Positions 1 through 9,431 of a DNA stretch of 64,000 nt are shown in pieces. Location: IMG/VR virus record IMGVR_UViG_3300032173_000002, positions 1 to 64,000 of that record, one strand, 5' to 3'. Both the position numbers and the translations under genes were made by a program. The notes under the pieces are model-generated. The model was not told the origin of the DNA and did not search any database. It saw only the letters and a list, made by a program, of their open reading frames with translations. This DNA comes from a virus. Position 1 is the first letter of the stretch. Every line of letters begins with the position of its first letter.

Positions 1-133
1 GGCCGAGGTTCGCCTTTATTTTTTGAGACTATGGTTTTCGGTGGGCCTCTTGATGGGGAGCAAGAAAGATACATGACATGGGAAGAAGCAGAAATTGGTC
101 ATAAACGTATGGTGGAGCGGGTGAGGAACTTAA

Positions 134-454
134 ATGAATGATGGCAGAATTGCTGTTGACAGCAACTACGCCAAAGAACTTGGCTTTACCTCGGATAAGT
201 TCACCCGGGATAGTTATCTGTGGAAGTTAGGGGATCGCATAATGATTTCCTTCATTATATCCCGTCGTCCGGGGCAAGGCCACCTCTCGGAACTTTTCGC
301 TGCTATCGAAGGGAAAGGCTTCAGGATAGCGGTGCCGGAGCCATTCGCCCATATGCGGCAGATATTGGAACAGAAAGGATTTGTCCCACACTGGGAAGAA
401 GGAAGCTTCGGATTTGGTGTAGAGGTGTGGGAAAAACCATTAGGGAAAAGATGA
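134..454 (+). CDS. hypothetical protein
   Basis: 106-aa ORF with upstream GAGG; no motif recognised. Confidence 0.6.
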   Translation: MNDGRIAVDSNYAKELGFTSDKFTRDSYLWKLGDRIMISFIISRRPGQGHLSELFAAIEGKGFRIAVPEPFAHMRQILEQKGFVPHWEEGSFGFGVEVWEKPLGKR

Positions 455-690
455 GAGAGAGTAAAACAGAAGCAAAGGTATTGAGGGAATATGGATGAAA
501 ATTGGTGAAGAAAAAGAGTTTCCGTGCAATGAATACAATCGAAATATTGAGATTTATTTGGTTTTCGATCAAAAGAATGAAAGTTTCATCGGTGTAAGCC
601 TTTTATGAAAAAATCAATCTCGGGGTGAAGGAAGTATTGAACTTAAAGAGAAGGTTAGAAGGGAGGATTTAATGGGAAAGGAGACAAGAG

Positions 691-885
691 ATGAAATGGA
701 AAAAGGTTGAAAAGGGACATTATGTAAATGAACAAGGGTGCCATATAATTTCTGGCAAGCCAAAGTGGTATATATGGAATCCAAGGGAAAACGGCGTTTT
801 TTCGCAACACAGGACTCCATTCCCAACCCTGAAGGCTGCTAAGGAGTTCGTTGAAAGAAAGCAATGGAGGCCTTTTAATGTCTAA
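691..885 (+). CDS. small hypothetical protein
   Basis: 64-aa ORF, AAGGAG upstream, 'FPTLKAAKEFVE' ending typical of small phage proteins. Confidence 0.55.
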   Translation: MKWKKVEKGHYVNEQGCHIISGKPKWYIWNPRENGVFSQHRTPFPTLKAAKEFVERKQWRPFNV

Positions 886-973
886 GGGACTCTCTCCCAC
901 TCAACCATCATTGCTGATTATAATCCCTGGCAAACCCATCGCTAAGGCCCGTCCCCGTTTCTTCCGCCGGTAA
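878..973 (+). pseudogene. truncated RusA-like Holliday junction resolvase N-terminus
   Basis: Translates MSKGLSPTQPSLLIIIPGKPIAKARPRFFRR*; IPGxPxxKxRPRF is the usual RusA N-terminal motif; stops after 31 aa. Confidence 0.55.
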
Positions 974-1032
974 AACCTATGTTACCGCGCCAGGGACAAT
1001 GGTCAAAATCCGAGAATGGCCAGAGGTAAAAA

Positions 1033-1227
1033 ATGAAAAATAACACGATGTCAAGTATGTCAGGTTATCAATGTTTGGATTGTGGTCAGTGGGTTTACCC
1101 CGGTGCTGCCCATATTTGCCCACAGCCACCTGTTCGATATGAATATGTAAAAAGTATTGATGGGGAGTTATTATGTATATTGGAACGAATTGCAAGGGCA
1201 TTGGAGTTGCTGGCTATAAATAAATAA
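1033..1227 (+). CDS. small Cys/His-containing hypothetical protein
   Basis: GAGGT RBS; CxxC...HxC. Confidence 0.5.
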   Translation: MKNNTMSSMSGYQCLDCGQWVYPGAAHICPQPPVRYEYVKSIDGELLCILERIARALELLAINK

Positions 1228-1722
1228 AAAGGAGAAGAAATGCATTGGACATTTACTGATGGTAAGGAGATTATCAGGGCGGATAGTTGTGCAACCTGCC
1301 AGCTGACTACAGCTGGAGAGCATGAGGAGAGTTGTCCCTCAAAGTATAGTAAGTTTGAAATAAATTCGGGTAGTAAGCCGGAGATTAGGATTTTCAGAAT
1401 TGACGAAAATGGCGCATAAGAAAATCTGGACAGGAAAGGTAAGCGTGCAGGGCTGGCGGCGTCTTGTCAGGTCTCTCAAAGCGCGCCGCCTGACAAGAAA
1501 CGGTCGTAAGGAGGATATTATGAACGACAATCAGCGGATGACTGATCCGCCAGCCTTGCTTATTTTCATTCCTTGTCCCGTCTGTGGGCTTCCTAATGAG
1601 GACTATCCTGAATAAGGAGGTGATGTGTAGTGTATTGGAATAAAGGCGGGGTTCCGACCATTCCAATTGTGTAGCACCTTGGGGATGCGTGTAGGGGAAA
1701 ACAAGCATTAGTAAAGGAGAAA

Positions 1723-2316
1723 TTGAAAATGTGTGATGATTATATTTGCTCAAATTGTGTAAAGTGTGATATTGAGCATGATCTTTGCACAATTGGCAGA
1801 ATGAGGTATCCCACAACTGGCAACAGAGTAATGACCTCCCTCGATGGAATAGCTTGGACAATAGATGGATGTCCTGATTTTGTGCCGAGAAATGATCCAG
1901 ACAAGGAAGACACTATGATTAAAATCACTGATAAGCAAATGCTAACTGAGTCGATGGAGAGAATCGACTTACTCCAGAAGCATATCGAGGCGGTTGAAGG
2001 CGCTGTATCTTATCTGAATCGCCTTAGACAAACCGTGCCTGTGGGGGTCGATTCTTTGCGCCAAGCATTGATTGAGGAGGAGCTTAAAGAATGGCGCAAT
2101 CTATTTCTTTGGGGATTAGTAGTTGACCAAGATACCAGAGATCGAGTTAAGGCGGCAGCACACGATCGTTTCTTAAGAGACGAAATCGATATAGGGCATT
2201 GGTTGAATCGTGGTAACAGCCCTGGTTCTTGGCTTGTTGCCGATGAAGAAAAGTTTCGGGCTATGGCAAGAAAGAAATTTGCTCCAGCTAATAAAAGAGA
2301 GGAAAAGGAGAAATGA
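1723..2316 (+). CDS. hypothetical protein, Cys-rich N-terminus
   Basis: 197-aa ORF with AAGGAG RBS. Confidence 0.6.
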   Translation: MKMCDDYICSNCVKCDIEHDLCTIGRMRYPTTGNRVMTSLDGIAWTIDGCPDFVPRNDPDKEDTMIKITDKQMLTESMERIDLLQKHIEAVEGAVSYLNRLRQTVPVGVDSLRQALIEEELKEWRNLFLWGLVVDQDTRDRVKAAAHDRFLRDEIDIGHWLNRGNSPGSWLVADEEKFRAMARKKFAPANKREEKEK

Positions 2317-2580
2317 AAATCGACATACAAATTATGAGATTAACATGACTTGGGAAGGAAGGGAGGAGAGAGGAAAATGATAAATGGCTTTAGACACGCC
2401 ATGAAAGCAGGGCTCATCGACGCATCTCAGCCGTTGCAAGTGGTCTGGGGAACGAAAAAGCAAATTGAAAAGTTACTGGCAAAGCATCTCAAGCGGGATA
2501 TCAAGCGTGGGGATATAGTTTTTTTGAGGCGAGAGCGCACGGTGAAAAACAAGAAATAAAACCCATTGGGAAGGGGAAAC

Positions 2581-3129
2581 ATGGAGAAAATCCCGACCTT
2601 GTTCATGAGGAATTATGAAACAAACCGATTAGTCCGAAATGCGATTGTTCCGGACACTGAGTGGGTGGCCAATGGTGAGGGAATAGCCACTCGGAAATAT
2701 GATGGCACTGCGTGCTTAATCCTGGACGGCAAGTTCTATCGACGATATGAGGCCAAAAAGCAGCCGCCCACCAACTTCATTCCCTCCCAAGATCCAGACC
2801 CAATTACTGGCCACTGGGTTGGTTGGGTGCCGTGCAAACGGGAAGAGCCAGGAGACAAGTATCATTGGGAGGCCTTTGATAACTTGGACGACAAAACGGA
2901 TGGAACTTATGAACTGTGCGGCCCGAAAGTCCAAGGGAATCCTGAAGGGTTCGAGAAACATGTTTTGATTCGCCATACCGATGCGGAACAATTCCCAGAT
3001 TGTCCACGGGATTTTGAAGGGCTTAGGGAATGGTTAAGGGAGCGAGATATTGAGGGCATTGTCTTTCATCATCCTGAAGGACGAATGGCGAAAATCAAAA
3101 AGAAGGACTTTGGGATGAGGAGGAAATGA
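2581..3129 (+). CDS. DUF5565 / RLIG1(C12orf29)-like ATP-dependent RNA ligase
   Basis: KIPTLF start, nucleotidyltransferase motif I TRKYDGT, GTYELCGPKVQGNP, motif IV EGIVF, motif V MAKIK. Confidence 0.75.
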   Translation: MEKIPTLFMRNYETNRLVRNAIVPDTEWVANGEGIATRKYDGTACLILDGKFYRRYEAKKQPPTNFIPSQDPDPITGHWVGWVPCKREEPGDKYHWEAFDNLDDKTDGTYELCGPKVQGNPEGFEKHVLIRHTDAEQFPDCPRDFEGLREWLRERDIEGIVFHHPEGRMAKIKKKDFGMRRK

Positions 3130-3393
3130 TCATAAAATGAAAAGTTCTACGCTTTGGTTTATTGCTGGTGTAGCATGGTTTTTAAGCGTTGCTATAAGGA
3201 TACTAATAAAACAATGGAGCACGGTGTCAACAGATCTTATGATAGTAGTGATATTGTTTTGGATTGCTCAGCATGAACGCTAATGTCGCCCCTATCTGTG
3301 GCATCTTTCGTGGTATGCTTTGGGGATTGGCCCTATGGGCGGTGATTGCGTTTGTGGTAGTGATGCTATTATGCAGATGAAAGGAAAACAATA

Positions 3394-3642
3394 ATGGACA
3401 TGCGAACGGGTGAGATTACGACAAAAAAGGAATTTGAACGCCGTGGTACACCAAAGCGATTTCTTCGTCCAATCGTCCCGGCGGGAACAGTAGTGAACTG
3501 TATTCCGTTGGAAAATCTATCCCCCAAGGTGCGAGAAATGGTAGAGAGAACTGGTAAGGGTTGGGTTACACGAAATAGTCGTTGTCCGTGCGGCAGCGGA
3601 AAGAGATTCAAGAAATGCTGTATGATGAAAGAGGACGAATGA
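3394..3642 (+). CDS. SEC-C motif (zinc-binding) protein
   Basis: C-terminal RNSRCPCGSGKRFKKCC. Confidence 0.85.
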   Translation: MDMRTGEITTKKEFERRGTPKRFLRPIVPAGTVVNCIPLENLSPKVREMVERTGKGWVTRNSRCPCGSGKRFKKCCMMKEDE

Positions 3643-3682
3643 ATCACGTAGTTAGGCTTTAGAATCCGGGAAAGAGTCGCCA

Positions 3683-4837
3683 GTGATGAAGATAATTCTA
3701 CTGAGTGATGTTCATTTGTTAGAGAATAAGCCAGTTAGTCGTCTGGACGATACAGCAAACACTGTGTTTCGTAAACTGACTCAGGTCTTCTCGTATGCCA
3801 GGAAGGAGGGAGTGCATTGTATTCTCCAGGCTGGTGATTTATTTGATGTGTCTCGATCCTGGAGTTTGCTTTCTCGCTGTCTTGGATATTTCCTTTCCAA
3901 TTCAGATGTTCCTGTCTATTGCGTGTATGGACAGCATGATCTATATATGGGGTCTTGGGAGTCTAGAGAGAGGACGATCCTTGGATCGCTAGACAAAGCT
4001 GGCTTGGTTGGAATTCTTGGTCCAGAAGGTGTTATCATTGGCGAATCTGTCGTTTTTGGGTCTTCCTATGGACAGGGGATTCCAAAGATACCTGCTTCCT
4101 TGGATTTCTGTGGTTGTGCTATCTTGGTAGTTCATCGGAGGATAGCGGTTGACCCTGAATGGTATGGGGATGTGGATTATCAGGATGCTCGTGACTTTCT
4201 TAGAAAACACTCTCAGTTTGATCTTATTCTCTGTGGGGATGCGCATCAGGCTTTCCTCTATCAGGGGAATGGGAGAACTATTTGCAATGCTGGCCCTATG
4301 CTGCGGAGGGAAGCTGTGGAGTCTATGTTTAAGCATAACCCACAGTTCTTTGTTTATGATACGTCAGTTAGGGATATTGTGGATGTAGTTCCACTGGACT
4401 GTGAGTCGGCTGATGTGGTTTTATCCAGGGAGAATTATTCCAAGCAAGTTCGGTTGAGGCTGGATGAGTTTGTGAAAGGACTTGATAAGGTGAGACTGAG
4501 AGGGGTTGGATTCTCGTTCATGGACAATCTGCTCCGGTATATGGAAGACAATGAAATCGGTGAAGAGCTTAGGAAGCTGATACTAGAGATAGTGGAGGGA
4601 GGAAGCCATGGTGAGACGCGATACTCCGGCTCTGGAGACAATCAGAAGATTACAAGCAGTGATAGAGGAGAAGAAGGCGGCCTTGAACCGACTGAGGGGA
4701 GAGGAGCGGCTGTTAATGGATCAGCTTGGAAAGTTCGGACTCACCGATTTGAAGAACGCAGAAAAGCGATTGGCAGAAGTAAAGCGAGATCGAGACAAGC
4801 TGGAAAAGAGGCTCAAGGAAATGATTGCCAAAATTGA
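3683..4837 (+). CDS. SbcD/Mre11 (T4 gp47-like) metallophosphoesterase nuclease
   Basis: SDVH, AGDLFD, GQHD, VVH, CGDAH and NAG motifs; followed by an SbcC-like gene. Confidence 0.85.
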   Translation: MMKIILLSDVHLLENKPVSRLDDTANTVFRKLTQVFSYARKEGVHCILQAGDLFDVSRSWSLLSRCLGYFLSNSDVPVYCVYGQHDLYMGSWESRERTILGSLDKAGLVGILGPEGVIIGESVVFGSSYGQGIPKIPASLDFCGCAILVVHRRIAVDPEWYGDVDYQDARDFLRKHSQFDLILCGDAHQAFLYQGNGRTICNAGPMLRREAVESMFKHNPQFFVYDTSVRDIVDVVPLDCESADVVLSRENYSKQVRLRLDEFVKGLDKVRLRGVGFSFMDNLLRYMEDNEIGEELRKLILEIVEGGSHGETRYSGSGDNQKITSSDRGEEGGLEPTEGRGAAVNGSAWKVRTHRFEERRKAIGRSKARSRQAGKEAQGNDCQN

Positions 4838-4874
4838 GTCTGACTATGATCTCCAGGCATTGGAGAATATATAG
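4608..4874 (+). CDS. coiled-coil protein, probable part of a split SbcC/Rad50
   Basis: Heptad pattern, GGAGG RBS, lies between SbcD and the SbcC C-terminal half. Confidence 0.65.
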   Translation: MVRRDTPALETIRRLQAVIEEKKAALNRLRGEERLLMDQLGKFGLTDLKNAEKRLAEVKRDRDKLEKRLKEMIAKIESDYDLQALENI

Positions 4875-5495
4875 GTGTTTGATTTTCATAGTTTACAGGA
4901 ATTGGTTGACACCAAGATAGTTCATAGGAATCTGCTGTCCTCTGAAGCTGAGAAGATTTCTGAAAGGATCGAGCAGCTTGAGCATCATGTAGATCTGCTT
5001 ACAAAGGCTCGTTTTGTCTTGGCAGAGGTGACTAGACTTACTCAGGCTCAGTTAAAGGGGTATATCGAGAGCCTAGTCACTCTGGCAATACAGTCTGTTT
5101 ATGATGAGGATCTCCGATTTGTTGTGGAGTTTGATTACAAGAGGAATAAAGCTGAGGTTTCCTTCTGGGTGAAGGAGGGAGAAGATGGGGAAATGTTTAT
5201 ACCAAAGGATGAAATGGGGGGTGGTCTGGTAGATGTAATCTCATTCGCTTTGCGAGTTGTACTGTGGTCATTGCAGAGACCGGAGAGTCGTCCGGTTTTG
5301 ATCTTGGACGAGCCATTTCCTGCGGCAGGAGTCTTGACTAATCGCTGTGGGGAGATGGTAAAGGAGATCTCGGACAAATTGGAACTTCAAATTGTTCTGG
5401 TAACTCATAACCCAGATTTGATTGAGATAGCAGATCGGGTGTGGCGAGTAGAGAAAGTGGATGGTAAGTCATTAGTGATTAGGCTGGGTCCGTAG
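4875..5495 (+). CDS. SbcC/Rad50 (gp46-like) C-terminal ABC ATPase half
   Basis: Signature-like MGGG, Walker B VLILDEP, H-loop LVTH; no Walker A. Confidence 0.85.
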   Translation: MFDFHSLQELVDTKIVHRNLLSSEAEKISERIEQLEHHVDLLTKARFVLAEVTRLTQAQLKGYIESLVTLAIQSVYDEDLRFVVEFDYKRNKAEVSFWVKEGEDGEMFIPKDEMGGGLVDVISFALRVVLWSLQRPESRPVLILDEPFPAAGVLTNRCGEMVKEISDKLELQIVLVTHNPDLIEIADRVWRVEKVDGKSLVIRLGP

Positions 5496-5562
5496 TTCAA
5501 TTGGATAGAACTCTCGGCTCATAACCGAGAGGTTTCAGGTTCGATTCCTGACGGACCCACCA
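5486..5562 (+). tRNA. tRNA with CAT anticodon (Ile2 or elongator Met)
   Basis: Acceptor stem GGGTCCG/CGGACCC, anticodon arm CTCGG-CTCATAA-CCGAG, T-loop GGTTCGATTCC, discriminator A plus encoded CCA; paired G1-C72, so not initiator. Confidence 0.95.
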
Positions 5563-5730
5563 GGTACACCAGGAAGACAAAGATGCCGTTTTCCTCCTTG
5601 AGATTTTGAGGCGTAGTAGTCACACAACACAGAGGGCTACTGGTGCAGAGCCTTCCGGGTCGTCAATGTACTGGGAATACTATAACCCGGAGAAGTCTGT
5701 CCGATAAGGGGGGTAAATTTTTTTCTTTTA

Positions 5731-5759
5731 TTTTCCGAAAAAGTAATTTATATTATACT
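5731..5759 (+). promoter_or_regulatory. AT-rich candidate promoter (-10 TATACT at 5754-5759)
   Basis: Most AT-rich intergenic patch locally; -35 poorly matched. Confidence 0.35.
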
Positions 5760-5761
5760 TC

Positions 5762-5849
5762 AATGCTTCTGTTAACATTCTTGCCTTGGGGCTACAAGGC
5801 ATGGGGATTTCCCCTAAAAGTCCCCGACTTTAGTCGGGGGAGTAGCCAC
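5762..5849 (+). mobile_element. TnpB C-terminal remnant plus IS200/IS605-type right end (copy 1)
   Basis: Reads NASVNILALGLQGMG (TnpB RuvC-III NAxxNI region), then hairpin CCCCGAC-TTTA-GTCGGGG and GAGTAGCCAC end; near-identical copy at 51681. Confidence 0.75.
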
Positions 5850-5951
5850 ATTTAGGTCGAAGGCTACCACAAGCCAGGCCTCATAACTAAGAATGAGGGA
5901 TTGCCTGAGCCCAGGGTAATCCGTAATTTGAAAGCGAAGGAGGTATGGCGA

Positions 5952-6470
5952 GTGATCAGATATCTGATAGAGTCGTTGCTTGTGGTAGCTTTGGTTGTGG
6001 TATTTACCTTCCAGTTGAGTGATTTGGGTAGGGGGTTTGTTCCTGTGGTAGTCCAGGCATCACCCAGCCCTACAGTTACCTATCTCAAGCTTCTGGGCGC
6101 TCCTCGATCCAGAATAAAGGAGCTTTCAGCAGCGATAGACTCCGCCTCTTCTTCTACTAAGATCTCTCCTGCCTTGATTTGCGCCTTGATGTTCACCGAG
6201 TCTCAGTTTTCCAAGACAGCCATTGGTCCACCTACAAAGGGCGGACTGAGATACAAGGGGCTGATGCAAACTCCGTGGGCAAGTTTTACTTGGGCGGATG
6301 TGGACACCCTCTATGGAGCAAGGATACTTTGCGAGAAGTTGCTCGAATCGAGAGGGGATTTGCATATGGCTCTGGCTCTGTATAAGGGAGGGGATAATCC
6401 TATTGCGTGGAGGAATGCGAGCGAGGTGCTTTATTTGTATAAGAGATTACTGAGGGAGGAGGTTATGTGA
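5952..6470 (+). CDS. SLT-family lytic transglycosylase with N-terminal TM anchor
   Basis: LMFTESQF (catalytic Glu), GLMQ, GARIL, ALALYKGG; GTG start 8 nt after GGAGG. Confidence 0.85.
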   Translation: MIRYLIESLLVVALVVVFTFQLSDLGRGFVPVVVQASPSPTVTYLKLLGAPRSRIKELSAAIDSASSSTKISPALICALMFTESQFSKTAIGPPTKGGLRYKGLMQTPWASFTWADVDTLYGARILCEKLLESRGDLHMALALYKGGDNPIAWRNASEVLYLYKRLLREEVM

Positions 6471-6679
6471 TGAATGCAAAGATATTGAGTGCGGGAGATC
6501 GGATTCAGAGAGCAGGATTTTGGGTGACTATGGTGTTTCTCTTGGGTATGATCGCAGGAGGAGCGATCACTAAAGCCTACTACATGTCCAGATTCTCTGA
6601 AGCTGCTAAGCTGGGAGGAGCGGTAATAGGAGGAGTAGTTTATGATGTGAAAGAGAGAGCTTGGCAGGGAAAGCAATAA
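6467..6679 (+). CDS. small membrane protein
   Basis: Hydrophobic segment FWVTMVFLLGMIAGGAI; coupled to the SLT gene. Confidence 0.6.
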   Translation: MMNAKILSAGDRIQRAGFWVTMVFLLGMIAGGAITKAYYMSRFSEAAKLGGAVIGGVVYDVKERAWQGKQ

Positions 6680-6703
6680 CTCAATTCTAATGGGGGAAGG
6701 GAA

Positions 6704-7108
6704 ATGGGTATCGGTGTAAGTTATGGGAAAGTGCTGGGGGTTAATGCCTACTTCTTTCGGGTTGGCAATTGGGTTGTGGCGATAGAGCCGACCCTACTGA
6801 CGGAGGAAATGAAGAAGAAGTCTGTAGTTCGTTTTCCTTTGGAAGCCCAGTTTAGGAGACAGAGGGATGTTTATTTTCTTGAAGCCACTTCTGCCCCATC
6901 GGCAGAAGTTTTTTTGTACCTTGTGGAAGGAGTAGCAAATAAGTTTCTTCCACAGATTCTCTCTGCCAGCGGCCTGCCTGCTACTGTTTATGATTACCTG
7001 ACTTACCAGGATCACGGATCGTATAATTGCTGGTTCGTTGAGGTGCCAAAACAGATAGCAGAGAGGTTTGTGTCTGTGATGAAAGGGAGTGGATTTGAGA
7101 TTCTGTGA
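6704..7108 (+). CDS. hypothetical protein
   Basis: 134-aa ORF in operon. Confidence 0.6.
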   Translation: MGIGVSYGKVLGVNAYFFRVGNWVVAIEPTLLTEEMKKKSVVRFPLEAQFRRQRDVYFLEATSAPSAEVFLYLVEGVANKFLPQILSASGLPATVYDYLTYQDHGSYNCWFVEVPKQIAERFVSVMKGSGFEIL

Positions 7109-7166
7109 GAGAGGATATTTTTAGGTCTGAATATGAGCCTGCTGATGATTTGCCGGAGGAGGGGAT

Positions 7167-9422
7167 ATGCCAAAAGTCTTAATCTGTTCTGACTCTCCAT
7201 TCCTCTATACCGGGATGGCAAGGGTGGTTAGGGAGCTTGGAAGTCGCTTCATCCGGGAAGGTTGGATGGTGGATTATGCTGCTTGGTTTCATCGCTTGGC
7301 TGCGCCAGCTTTCGGGGATTACTGTAATCAGCAAACGACTTTTTATTCCATGGAACGAAGAGAGGATACAGGGAAGCTATTGAAGATATTGCTGTCTTCC
7401 CAGCCAGAAGTTCTTCTGTGTATTGGCGATCTGTTTTATTTCCTGGATTTGCCAAAGATAAAGTGGGAGCTACAAAGGGAGAAAGTATCCACTAAGTTTT
7501 TAGGTTATCTTAATGTAGATTCGGATATTGTGCAGCCTCAGTTCTTTGAAGTTATTGATTCCTTTGATGGAATATGTGTCCATACTGAGTTCGGTAAGAG
7601 AGCTTTGCTGTCCATACCTTCCAAATTTTCCAAGGAGTCTGGTAGAATTAGAGCAGTCCATCATGGCGTTGATTTCTCTTTCTTCCATCCACCTGTCAAG
7701 CGTGAGAGCCATAATTCGCTACAATTCCTTGTGGTAGCTCGTAACTGCTTGAGAAAGAATATTCCCTTTACGATAGAAGCATTTAGTCGGTTCTCAGCGG
7801 ACAAGACAGATGTAAAGTTGTTCTTGGCCACTGATATGGACTCCCCGGAGGGGCATAATCTTCGAGCGATGATACTGTCGCGTCCGAACTTGTGGGGGAA
7901 GGTATCGTTTACAGAGTCTATCACCCCGTTCAAGGGACTGAGTGATACTGCAATTTCTGAGATTTATCAGGCGTCGGATGTTCTGATAGACTGGCCTATG
8001 GCGGAAGGATTCGGTCTTCCAGTACTGGAGGCGATGGCTTCCAAGGTTCTTGTCCTGGGGATTGCTTATTCGTCCTTTCCGGAGCTATTGGATGGGGATG
8101 AGAATAATTTGGATGGGAGCAGGGGTTATCTGATCCAGCCTGGGAACTGGCTCTATGGTCAGTATGGACAGAGAATGGCGGTCCCGGATGTTGGGACCGC
8201 CGTTAATTTATTGGAAAGGATTTATAGTAGCTGGAATGGTGAGTGGAATGATGAAGTAAGGAAAGTGATAACAAATGCCTACGAGTGGTCTCGCAAGAAG
8301 ACATGGGATAGGTGTTTTAAGGAGATTTGCTCTGAAGCTAATAGACTAATGAGTAGTAAAGAGAAAGAAGTGGCTCCCTTCCTGTGGCAATTCCCAGTTC
8401 AGACAGGAGCCAGGGTCTATGCTACAGAGGAAGTGAGGGAGGCGAGGAGGAGGGGGCGAGGACCTTGCATCGGGATTTGTAAGCTGGGTGGCTTAGGCGA
8501 TATCTTGCAGTTGCTTCCTGTGATTAAGGGAATCAAGAGGGCATATCCAAACTCTTATGTAATCGTAGCTGTTGGGTCTGGTGAGAATCTTCTTAGGTGG
8601 CTTTGCGAGAGGAATCATCTGGTGGACGGTATAGTCAATATGGGTAATGTTCACCAGCAGACAGCATTGAAAACTTTTTCCGGAGTTTTTGATTTGTTCT
8701 ATGATGTCCGGTATGTAAGCAGGGTATATGGGGAGAGGCCCACTGAGTTCTTTAATAAGTATAGGTCTTTCTATGATGGCTGGGCCTTTTCAAATGCGAG
8801 GCTTCGCTCGCTGGGTACCCATGTGGTAGATCTGATGCTGAATAGTTTGGGATTGAATGACTTTGCTTCTTTGGATGATCTTCTGATAAGTAGGGATATA
8901 CTGGATGGTATAAATCTCGATCTCACTGGACTTTCAACTTATGTGGTAGTTCATAATAGTGCTGGTGGTATTGGTAATTTGAAGGCTTTACCAGAGGAAG
9001 AGATCGCTCGTCTGATTAGGGTTATACATGACAAGGGTTACTCAGTAGCTCAGGTGGGCATCAATGAAGATCCGGAGTTGCCAGGAGTAGACCTGGATTT
9101 CAGGTCGAAGCTGAACATCCAGGAGTTCGCTTTGGTTTTGAGTCAGGCCAGGCTATATGTAGGTCTGGAGGGTTTCTGGTATCATCTGGCCCATTCCCTT
9201 GGGGTACCCACTTATGTATGGTTTACTTGTACTCCTCCAGAGTGCTTCTCCTACAAGGAGGATTTGGTTGTCCTCTTTGAGGATCGATGTGAACCTTGCT
9301 GGTGGTCTGCGGCTGCTGGAGATAATTGGTGGAAAGTTTGTATATCTGGGGAAAGGAGGTGTTTGAATCTTCCTTCTATAGAAGTGATGGAGGAGAAACT
9401 GTCTAATGTCTTGATGCACTAG
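7167..9422 (+). CDS. two-domain glycosyltransferase (GT4 + GT9-like)
   Basis: TGMARV, HGVD, ARNCLRKN, AEGFGLPVLEAMAS (GT4); LGGLGDIL, QVG, YVGLEGFWYHLA, CEPCW (GT9/heptosyltransferase-like). Confidence 0.85.
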   Translation: MPKVLICSDSPFLYTGMARVVRELGSRFIREGWMVDYAAWFHRLAAPAFGDYCNQQTTFYSMERREDTGKLLKILLSSQPEVLLCIGDLFYFLDLPKIKWELQREKVSTKFLGYLNVDSDIVQPQFFEVIDSFDGICVHTEFGKRALLSIPSKFSKESGRIRAVHHGVDFSFFHPPVKRESHNSLQFLVVARNCLRKNIPFTIEAFSRFSADKTDVKLFLATDMDSPEGHNLRAMILSRPNLWGKVSFTESITPFKGLSDTAISEIYQASDVLIDWPMAEGFGLPVLEAMASKVLVLGIAYSSFPELLDGDENNLDGSRGYLIQPGNWLYGQYGQRMAVPDVGTAVNLLERIYSSWNGEWNDEVRKVITNAYEWSRKKTWDRCFKEICSEANRLMSSKEKEVAPFLWQFPVQTGARVYATEEVREARRRGRGPCIGICKLGGLGDILQLLPVIKGIKRAYPNSYVIVAVGSGENLLRWLCERNHLVDGIVNMGNVHQQTALKTFSGVFDLFYDVRYVSRVYGERPTEFFNKYRSFYDGWAFSNARLRSLGTHVVDLMLNSLGLNDFASLDDLLISRDILDGINLDLTGLSTYVVVHNSAGGIGNLKALPEEEIARLIRVIHDKGYSVAQVGINEDPELPGVDLDFRSKLNIQEFALVLSQARLYVGLEGFWYHLAHSLGVPTYVWFTCTPPECFSYKEDLVVLFEDRCEPCWWSAAAGDNWWKVCISGERRCLNLPSIEVMEEKLSNVLMH

Positions 9423-9431
9423 GAGGGTGAG

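Noticed and set aside
5486-5562. tRNA as prophage attachment site
   Set aside because: No integrase or duplicated tRNA 3' end in the window, and phage-like genes lie on both sides
5563-5700. Second tRNA or ncRNA after the tRNA
   Set aside because: Only a few short stems (GTAGTC/GGCTAC, TCCGGGT/ACCCGGA); no cloverleaf or T-loop
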